DNA of 64,000 nucleotides from Escherichia coli (GTDB lineage Bacteria; Pseudomonadota; Gammaproteobacteria; Enterobacterales; Enterobacteriaceae): NCBI RefSeq assembly GCF_013122565.1, contig NZ_CP053258.1; one strand, 5' to 3'. Shown piece by piece: positions 53,773 to 64,000 of this stretch (position 1 is its first letter; each line of letters starts with the position of its first letter). The notes under the pieces were generated by a model. It saw only the letters and a program-made list of their open reading frames with translations, ran no database searches and was not told where the DNA came from. The position numbers and the translations under genes were made by a program.

Positions 53773-55329
53773 ATGCTGGTGAGAACACGACATCTGGTCG
53801 GCCTTATTTCGGGAGTACTGATTCTTTCAGTATTGCTGCCTGTCGGCTTAAGCCTCTGGCTGGCCCATCAGCAGGTAGAAACATCATTTATTGAAGAGCT
53901 GAATACCTATTCCTCCCGCGTCGCTATTCGGGCCAATAAGGTGGCGATACAAGGGAAAGATGCGCTGCAAGAGCTGGAAAGATGGCAAGGCGCTGCCTGT
54001 AGCGAAGCCCATCTCATGGAAATGCGTCGGGTATCTTACAGTTATCGCTATATTCAGGAAGTGGTTTATATCGATAACAACGTTCCCCAGTGTTCGTCTC
54101 TGGAGCATGAAAGCCCGCCCGATACCTTCCCCGAGCCAGGTAAAATTTCGAAAGATGGTTATCGTGTCTGGTTAACATCGCATAACGATTTAGGCATTAT
54201 CCGTTACATGGTCGCCATGGGAACGGCACATTATGTCGTCATGATCGACCCCGCTTCCTTTATTGATGTCATTCCCTATAGCTCATGGCAAATTGATGCC
54301 GCCATTATTGGCAATGCCCATAACGTTGTCATAACCAGCAGCGATGAAATTGCTCAGGGAATTATTACCAGGCTACAAAAAACACCCGGTGAGCATATCG
54401 AAAATAATGGAATCATTTACGATATCCTGCCCTTCCCGGAGATGAATATTTCGATCATCACCTGGGCTTCAACGAAAATGTTGCAGAAAGGCTGGCATCG
54501 GCAAGTCTTTATTTGGTTACCGCTCGGGTTGGTGATTGGCCTGCTGGCAGCGATGTTTGTGCTGCGTATTTTGCGCCGTATCCAGTCACCGCATCATCGG
54601 CTGCAGGATGCTATCGAAAATCGTGATATTTGCGTGCACTATCAGCCAATTGTCTCCTTAGCCAATGGCAAAATTGTCGGTGCTGAGGCACTGGCGCGCT
54701 GGCCGCAGACAGACGGTAGTTGGTTGTCACCAGATAGTTTTATTCCGCTGGCACAGCAAACGGGCCTTTCTGAGCCATTGACGCTACTGATTATAAGAAG
54801 TGTCTTTGAAGATATGGGCGACTGGCTGCGTCAGCATCCGCAGCAGCATATTTCGATCAATCTTGAATCCACCGTGCTCACCTCGGAAAAAATCCCGCAA
54901 TTGCTGCGTGAAATGATCAATCACTATCAGGTTAATCCCAGACAGATCGCGCTTGAACTCACTGAACGCGAGTTTGCCGATCCGAAAACCAGCGCCCCGA
55001 TAATTTCTCGCTACCGGGAGGCAGGCCATGAAATTTATCTTGATGATTTTGGTACGGGGTATTCAAGTTTAAGTTATTTACAGGATCTGGATGTCGACAT
55101 TCTGAAGATCGATAAATCTTTCGTTGATGCGCTGGAATATAAAAATGTCACGCCGCATATCATCGAAATGGCAAAAACACTGAAACTGAAAATGGTAGCG
55201 GAGGGAATCGAAACCAGTAAACAAGAAGAGTGGTTACGCCAGCATGGCGTGCACTACGGTCAGGGCTGGCTCTACAGCAAGGCATTACCGAAAGAAGATT
55301 TCTTACGCTGGGCCGAGCAACATTTATGA
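53773..55329 (+). CDS. pdeB: c-di-GMP phosphodiesterase (CSS-motif sensor + EAL domain)
   Basis: 518-aa ORF from the ATG at 53773; a GTG two codons downstream would give 516 aa. N-terminal TM segment, periplasmic domain, C-terminal EAL domain (ALELTERE..., DDFGTGYSSLSYL). Confidence 0.85.
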   Translation: MLVRTRHLVGLISGVLILSVLLPVGLSLWLAHQQVETSFIEELNTYSSRVAIRANKVAIQGKDALQELERWQGAACSEAHLMEMRRVSYSYRYIQEVVYIDNNVPQCSSLEHESPPDTFPEPGKISKDGYRVWLTSHNDLGIIRYMVAMGTAHYVVMIDPASFIDVIPYSSWQIDAAIIGNAHNVVITSSDEIAQGIITRLQKTPGEHIENNGIIYDILPFPEMNISIITWASTKMLQKGWHRQVFIWLPLGLVIGLLAAMFVLRILRRIQSPHHRLQDAIENRDICVHYQPIVSLANGKIVGAEALARWPQTDGSWLSPDSFIPLAQQTGLSEPLTLLIIRSVFEDMGDWLRQHPQQHISINLESTVLTSEKIPQLLREMINHYQVNPRQIALELTEREFADPKTSAPIISRYREAGHEIYLDDFGTGYSSLSYLQDLDVDILKIDKSFVDALEYKNVTPHIIEMAKTLKLKMVAEGIETSKQEEWLRQHGVHYGQGWLYSKALPKEDFLRWAEQHL

Positions 55330-55370
55330 ATTGTAGGGCTGACGGCACGCCGCACAGCCCGTCACGCTAC

Positions 55371-55724
55371 CTATTCGTCGATGATTGACTCGAATCCGCC
55401 ATAAATCATTCGCTTACCATCAAACGGCATGGACTCGCCGAACTCTTTCATCCGTGGGTCCGACATCATCTTTTGATTAGCAGCGTCGCGGACCTCTTTT
55501 GAAGGGTATTCAATCCAGCTAAAGACAACCTCTTCATTCTCTTCCGCTTTCACTGCCATACGAAAATCGGTCACTTTGCCATCCGGTACATCGCTGGCCC
55601 AGCATTCGACAATACGAAGCGCACCGAACTCTTTAAATAATGGCGCAGCCTTAGCGGCCATTTCCCGATAGGCATCCTTTTTATCGGCAGGAACGGCAAC
55701 CACAAAACCATCAACATACTTCAT
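55371..55724 (-). CDS. ybaA: DUF1428-family protein YbaA
   Basis: 117-aa ORF, MKYVDGFVVAVPADKKDAYREMAAKAAPLFKEFGALRIVECWASD... Confidence 0.85.
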   Translation of the reverse strand: MKYVDGFVVAVPADKKDAYREMAAKAAPLFKEFGALRIVECWASDVPDGKVTDFRMAVKAEENEEVVFSWIEYPSKEVRDAANQKMMSDPRMKEFGESMPFDGKRMIYGGFESIIDE

Positions 55725-55834
55725 CAGACATACCTCCGAAGCGTACTGCGCAGCCAGACAATTCTTGCGACGTCAGTTGTGGTTAAAGTTTAGCCACGCT
55801 GGGATTTTTTGACGAAACGGTGGGAGGCAGAAAT

Positions 55835-55948
55835 GGGTGGGGGCCCTGCCAGCTACATCCCGGCACACGCGTCATCTGCCTTGGCTGCTTCCTTCCGGAC
55901 CTGACCTGGTAAACAGAGTAGCGTTGCGGGAGAACCAACAGAGCCCCC
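55835..55948 (-). ncRNA. ffs: 4.5S RNA (signal recognition particle RNA)
   Basis: The reverse complement of 55835..55948 reads GGGGGCTCTGTTGGTTCTCCCGCAACGCTACTCTGTTTACCAGGTCAGGTCCGGAAGGAAGCAGCCAAGGCAGATGACGCGTGTGCCGGGATGTAGCTGGCAGGGCCCCCACCC, the 114-nt E. coli 4.5S RNA as I recall it. Confidence 0.92.
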
Positions 55949-56024
55949 ATTGAGAGCGTTGAGAACCAACGCGCAGGCGCATTATCACTGCTGCCCCGGC
56001 TAATTGCAACCCATTGCGTGCCAG

Positions 56025-56414
56025 ATGCTGGTTTCTTGCGCAATGCGGCTTCACTCGGGCGTTTTTCCAGATTATGCTGAAAAATTACCTCAGGAAGAAA
56101 AGATGGAAAAAGAAGATTCATTTCCCCAACGCGTCTGGCAAATCGTCGCCGCTATTCCCGAAGGCTATGTAACCACTTACGGTGATGTGGCGAAACTGGC
56201 GGGATCGCCCCGCGCCGCGCGCCAGGTGGGCGGTGTGTTAAAGCGTCTCCCCGAAGGCAGCACCTTACCCTGGCATCGGGTGGTTAATCGCCACGGCACA
56301 ATTTCGCTAACCGGACCGGATTTACAGCGTCAGCGACAGGCATTACTGGCAGAAGGTGTGATGGTATCGGGAAGTGGGCAAATTGACTTGCAGCGTTATC
56401 GCTGGAACTACTAA
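56025..56414 (+). CDS. atl: Alkyltransferase-like protein (O6-alkylguanine lesion sensor, no active-site Cys)
   Basis: The track ORF is extended (136 aa). The start is taken as MLVSCAMRLHSGVFPDYAEKL... (129 aa). Confidence 0.85.
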   Translation: MLVSCAMRLHSGVFPDYAEKLPQEEKMEKEDSFPQRVWQIVAAIPEGYVTTYGDVAKLAGSPRAARQVGGVLKRLPEGSTLPWHRVVNRHGTISLTGPDLQRQRQALLAEGVMVSGSGQIDLQRYRWNY

Positions 56415-56444
56415 CCCTCTCCGGGCGGAGAGGGTTAACTTCGC

Positions 56445-57017
56445 TTAATATTGCGTAGGAGCTGGAACTGCCGAAGACGGATTCACCTGAGTTGGTGAAG
56501 TGGAAGGTACAGTAGTCGTTGCGCCACCGCTGGCCTGAACCGGCACGGCGGTTTGCTGCACCGGCACCAATGTCAGGTCGGCTTTAGTTCCGCCCTTGTT
56601 GATCACCGGCTGAACGGTATCGGTAATAAATACCAGTTTGTCATTCACGGTAATCGCCGCACTCAACAGAATACGCGCGTTCGGCTGAACATCTGCCGGG
56701 TTAAATGGCAGAACAAAGCTGAATGGTGACTGTTTACCTTCGGTACGCACCGCTTTCTGCGCCAGCACTTTTGACGGCGCATCGGCTAACGACGCGTCAG
56801 AAAGTGTCACGGTCAGCACAGCATCAGGCGGCAGTGCGACTTTCTGACGGATCCAAACGGTACCGGAGACATTCGGTTGCTGGATAGCAGGTTGTTGTGT
56901 TGCTGAAATAGACGTATTTGCCGCCGGTGCTGGCGTCTGAATATCCGCGCTTTTATCTGCGCAAGCCGCCAACGCAATCGCAACCGCTAAACCACTGGCC
57001 ATGTGCACGAGTTTCAT
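56445..57017 (-). CDS. ybaY: Outer-membrane lipoprotein YbaY
   Basis: 190-aa ORF with lipoprotein signal and lipobox (MKLVHMASGLAVAIALAACADK). Confidence 0.85.
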   Translation of the reverse strand: MKLVHMASGLAVAIALAACADKSADIQTPAPAANTSISATQQPAIQQPNVSGTVWIRQKVALPPDAVLTVTLSDASLADAPSKVLAQKAVRTEGKQSPFSFVLPFNPADVQPNARILLSAAITVNDKLVFITDTVQPVINKGGTKADLTLVPVQQTAVPVQASGGATTTVPSTSPTQVNPSSAVPAPTQY

Positions 57018-57234
57018 TCACTTCTCCTTATTATCAATACATCAGCGGGCTAACTTTCCTCGCCGGAAGAGTGGTTAACAAAATAGTAACGTCAACAAGT
57101 GTGGCACACATCACGCATTTCTGCCTGTAATTAGCCCGTAATTCAGATTATTGCACCCATCGGACCAGTGGCAAATTTGCGTTATACTCAACTCACTTTG
57201 GCTTGCTGCGGCAGCTTTGTTACTGGAGAGTTAT

Positions 57235-58095
57235 ATGAGTCAGGCGCTAAAAAATTTACTGACATTGTTAAATCTGGAAAAAATTGAGGAAGGACTCTTT
57301 CGCGGCCAGAGTGAAGATTTAGGTTTACGCCAGGTGTTTGGCGGCCAGGTCGTGGGTCAGGCCTTGTATGCTGCAAAAGAGACCGTCCCGGAAGAGCGGC
57401 TGGTACATTCGTTTCACAGCTACTTTCTTCGCCCAGGCGATAGTAAGAAACCGATTATTTATGATGTCGAAACGCTGCGTGACGGTAACAGCTTCAGCGC
57501 CCGCCGGGTTGCTGCTATTCAAAACGGCAAACCGATTTTTTATATGACGGCCTCTTTCCAGGCACCAGAAGCGGGTTTCGAACATCAAAAAACAATGCCG
57601 TCCGCGCCAGCGCCTGATGGCCTGCCTTCGGAAACGCAAATCGCCCAATCGCTGGCGCACCTGCTGCCGCCAGTGCTGAAAGATAAATTCATCTGCGATC
57701 GTCCGCTGGAAGTCCGTCCGGTGGAGTTTCATAACCCACTGAAAGGTCACGTCGCAGAACCACATCGTCAGGTGTGGATCCGCGCAAATGGTAGCGTGCC
57801 GGATGACCTGCGCGTTCATCAGTATCTGCTCGGTTACGCTTCTGATCTTAACTTCCTGCCGGTAGCTCTACAGCCGCACGGCATCGGTTTTCTCGAACCG
57901 GGGATTCAGATTGCCACCATTGACCATTCCATGTGGTTCCATCGCCCGTTTAATTTGAATGAATGGCTGCTGTATAGCGTGGAGAGCACCTCGGCGTCCA
58001 GCGCACGTGGCTTTGTGCGCGGTGAGTTTTATACCCAGGACGGCGTACTGGTTGCCTCGACCGTTCAGGAAGGGGTGATGCGTAATCACAATTAA
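57235..58095 (+). CDS. tesB: Acyl-CoA thioesterase II
   Basis: The track ORF is extended (314 aa). The start is taken as [44 protein letters not shown] (286 aa). Confidence 0.9.
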
Positions 58096-58101
58096 AAAAA
58101 T

Positions 58102-58133
58102 AGCCGGAGGTGAAAACCGTCCGGCTGTTTTTT
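58102..58133. terminator. Bidirectional rho-independent terminator between convergent tesB and amtB (stem AGCCGGAGG / CGTCCGGCT, A-tract upstream, T-tract downstream)
   Basis: aaaaaaatAGCCGGAGGtgaaaacCGTCCGGCTgtttttt, read from the sequence. Confidence 0.7.
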
Positions 58134-58143
58134 GCAGTGCTTG

Positions 58144-59430
58144 TTACGCGTTATAGGCATTCTCGCCGTGACTGTTGACATCCAGCCCTTCTCGCTCCTG
58201 CTCTTCCGGTACACGCAGACCAACCGTCAGATCCGCCAGTTTGTAGCCAATAAATGCCACCACACCGGACCAGACGATCGTAATGGCGATGCTTTCCAGC
58301 TGTACCAGCAACTGATGGCCCATCGTCACACCTTCAGCGAAGCCCACGCCACCCAGCGAACTGGCGGCAAAAATCCCAGTCATGATACAGCCGACAATGC
58401 CACAAACGCCGTGCACACCGAAGACATCGCAGGGATCATCCACCCGCAGCAAGCGTTTGAGCATAGTAACGCCCCACAAGCCCGCCAGACCAGCTACCAC
58501 GCCGATAATCAACGCGCCGCCAACCCCAATGTAGCCACACGCTGGCGTCACGCCGACCAGACCGGCAATCGCGCCAGAACACGCTCCCAGCAGAGAAGGC
58601 TTACCACGCAGCGCCCATTCACCGAAGATCCAGCCAAGAATTGCCGCCGCCGTTGCGACCACAGTATTCACAAATGCCAGTGCCGCGATTTCATTCGCCG
58701 TGCCCGCTGACCCGGCGTTAAAGCCAAACCAACCAATATAGAGAATGGCAGTACCGGTGAAGACCATTGGCAGGTTGTGCGGTTTAAACGCCTCTTTGCC
58801 GAAGCCCACGCGTTTGCCTATCAGATACGCGCCCACCAGACCGGCGATTGCGGCGTTAATATGCACCACCGTGCCACCCGCGAAATCCAGCGCACCGTGA
58901 GAAGCCAGCAAACCACCGCCCCACACCATATGCGCAATCGGAATGTAAGAGAGCGTCAGCCATACCACCACGAAAATCAACACAGCTGAGAAGCGGATTC
59001 GTTCCGCCAGCGCCCCAACGATCAAGCCGACGGTAATGCAGGCAAACGAGCCCTGAAACGCCACGTGGATATACTGATAAATGCTGCCCATCACCGCCGT
59101 CAGTTCGATGTTTTTTAGCATCAACCAGTTAATGTTGCCGAAGAAGTTGTTGCCCTCACCAAACGCCAGCGAGTAACCGTAAACCACCCAGAGAATACAG
59201 ACCAGTGCAAACGTCACCGTCACCTGCGTCAGCATCGACAGCACGTTTTTGCCGCGAATCAACCCACCGTAAAACAGGGCAATCCCCGGAATAGTCATAA
59301 ACAGCACCAGCGCAGTACAAATCATCATAAACGCATTGTCGGCTTTATCGGCCACCGCAGGTGCAGCCATTACCAGTCCCGGCAGCATCGCCAGTGAAGC
59401 AAGCCCAGTTTTTATCGTCGCTATCTTCAT
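58144..59430 (-). CDS. amtB: Ammonium channel
   Basis: 428-aa ORF with signal peptide, MKIATIKTGLASLAMLPGLVMAAPAVADKADNAFMMICTALVLFMTIPGIALFYGG... Confidence 0.95.
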   Translation of the reverse strand: MKIATIKTGLASLAMLPGLVMAAPAVADKADNAFMMICTALVLFMTIPGIALFYGGLIRGKNVLSMLTQVTVTFALVCILWVVYGYSLAFGEGNNFFGNINWLMLKNIELTAVMGSIYQYIHVAFQGSFACITVGLIVGALAERIRFSAVLIFVVVWLTLSYIPIAHMVWGGGLLASHGALDFAGGTVVHINAAIAGLVGAYLIGKRVGFGKEAFKPHNLPMVFTGTAILYIGWFGFNAGSAGTANEIAALAFVNTVVATAAAILGWIFGEWALRGKPSLLGACSGAIAGLVGVTPACGYIGVGGALIIGVVAGLAGLWGVTMLKRLLRVDDPCDVFGVHGVCGIVGCIMTGIFAASSLGGVGFAEGVTMGHQLLVQLESIAITIVWSGVVAFIGYKLADLTVGLRVPEEQEREGLDVNSHGENAYNA

Positions 59431-59459
59431 TTTTCGTTCCTGTTGCTGTGTGCCAGAGA

Positions 59460-59798
59460 TTACAGCGCCGCTTCGTCGGCTTCGCCGGTACGAATACGAA
59501 TGACGCGTTGCAATTCAGCGACGAAGATTTTGCCGTCGCCAATTTTTCCGGTGTAAGCCGCCTTACTGACGATATCGATCACTTCATCGAGTTGGTCATC
59601 AGCAATCGCCACATCAATTTTTACTTTTGGCAGGAAGTTGACGCTGTATTCCGCCCCCCGGTACAGCTCGGCATGCCCTTTCTGACGCCCGAAACCTTTC
59701 ACTTCGGTGACGGTCAGGCCCTGAATACCAATGGAAGATAACGCTTCACGAACGTCTTCCAGCTTGAATGGTTTGATTATCACGGTCACCAGCTTCAT
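59460..59798 (-). CDS. glnK: PII nitrogen regulatory protein GlnK
   Basis: The track ORF is extended (158 aa). The start is taken as MKLVTVIIKPFKLEDVREALSSIGIQGLTVTEVKGFGRQKGH (112 aa). GGAGGGG Shine-Dalgarno. Confidence 0.95.
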   Translation of the reverse strand: MKLVTVIIKPFKLEDVREALSSIGIQGLTVTEVKGFGRQKGHAELYRGAEYSVNFLPKVKIDVAIADDQLDEVIDIVSKAAYTGKIGDGKIFVAELQRVIRIRTGEADEAAL

Positions 59799-59850
59799 AG
59801 ATCCCCTCCGGTCAGAATTCGGTAATGGTTCTGCTACACGAAGAAGGTAT

Positions 59851-59866
59851 TGCAAGCGGTGTGCCA
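59851..59866 (-). promoter_or_regulatory. sigma54 (-24/-12) promoter of glnK-amtB: TGGCAC-N5-TTGCA
   Basis: The minus strand reads TTTCTGGCACACCGCTTGCAATA about 50 nt upstream of the glnK ATG. GCAC/GTGC dyads further upstream (about 59919..59975) resemble NtrC enhancer sites. Confidence 0.7.
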
Positions 59867-59978
59867 GAAATGAAAAACGAGAAAGAGAGCAGGAAGTTAA
59901 GAAGTTTGAAAATGAAAACGCACTATGACAGTGCACAGTGCGTTACATTTTTGCACCAACGATGAAATATTGCGCTAT

Positions 59979-63525
<3,547 letters not shown>

Positions 63526-63554
63526 GCGTTGTGTCCTGACCTGATTCTGGATAT

Positions 63555-64000
63555 TTATTCGATGGGTAAAGAAGTGGTGTATTTAATCTGTTCCATCGCG
63601 AAGCTGGAAGTGACGTCCGACAGCCCCGGCACGCTGTTTACCAGACGCTTATAAAACTCGTCGTAGCGTTTCATGTCGGCAACCTGGACGCGCATCAGAT
63701 AATCGTATTCACCAGCCATGCGCCAGAACCCCAGCACTTCTGGCATTTCGGTAACCACCGTGACAAAGCGGCAATACCATTCGCTGCTGTGATGTTGCGT
63801 TTTTATCAGCACAAAGGCGGTCAGGCCGAGGCCTATTTTTTCCGGATCCAGCAGGGCGACCTTGCCGATAAGGATACCGTCGTCCTCCAGCCGTTTCAGA
63901 CGCTTCCAGCAGGGGGTGGTTGTCAGATTAACGGCTTCAGCCAGTGCCTGCAAAGAGAGGGTGCAATCCTGCTGTAGTAAGGCCAGCAGCTTACGGTCAA
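63555..64000 (-). CDS. decR: Lrp/AsnC-family transcriptional regulator (YbaO/DecR), 5' end beyond right edge (partial)
   Basis: The track ORF 63555..63953 begins at an internal TTG. The frame stays open to position 64000 (hand translation ...[43 protein letters not shown]...) and has an AsnC-type HTH. Confidence 0.8.

Noticed and set aside
53773-55329. Possible functional link between the c-di-GMP phosphodiesterase pdeB and the adhesin island (c-di-GMP control of LapA-type adhesins)
   Set aside because: pdeB is a core gene about 35 kb away in conserved context, and no LapD/LapG-type genes are visible. Co-occurrence in the window is coincidental on present evidence.

Overview
The window reads as an Escherichia coli-type chromosomal segment, in reverse orientation relative to the K-12 gene order as I recall it. 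From about 19.2 kb to 64 kb it is conserved core backbone: glsA-ybaT, copA, ybaP, ybaK, ushA, fsr, ybaL, gsk, aes, hemH, adk, htpG, recR, ybaB, dnaX, apt, ybaN, priC, ybaM, mscK, acrR, acrAB, tomB-hha, maa, ylaC, pdeB, ybaA, ffs, atl, ybaY, tesB, amtB-glnK, mdlBA and a partial decR. Product calls there rest on recognising the translated proteins; no database search was run. The left 19 kb is an accessory island. It holds a TolC-family outer-membrane protein gene (17479..18834, minus) directly upstream of a giant minus-strand gene whose start codon is at 17376 and which runs off the left edge with at least 5,792 codons visible. That gene encodes a BapA-like N-terminal domain with no Sec signal peptide, followed by dozens of ~100-aa bacterial Ig-like domains organised in a ~1.8-kb six-domain super-repeat. 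This is the architecture of a type I secretion system (T1SS) giant adhesin locus (BapA/SiiE/LapA-like). The C-terminal secretion signal and the expected ABC transporter and membrane-fusion genes lie outside the window, so the system is only partly visible. Whether it is undescribed cannot be established here: related systems are known, and I recall a comparable island annotated in EHEC O157:H7 at this position. The island sits where K-12, from memory, has cueR directly after ybaT. Small-feature coordinates read from the text may be off by 1-2 nt.
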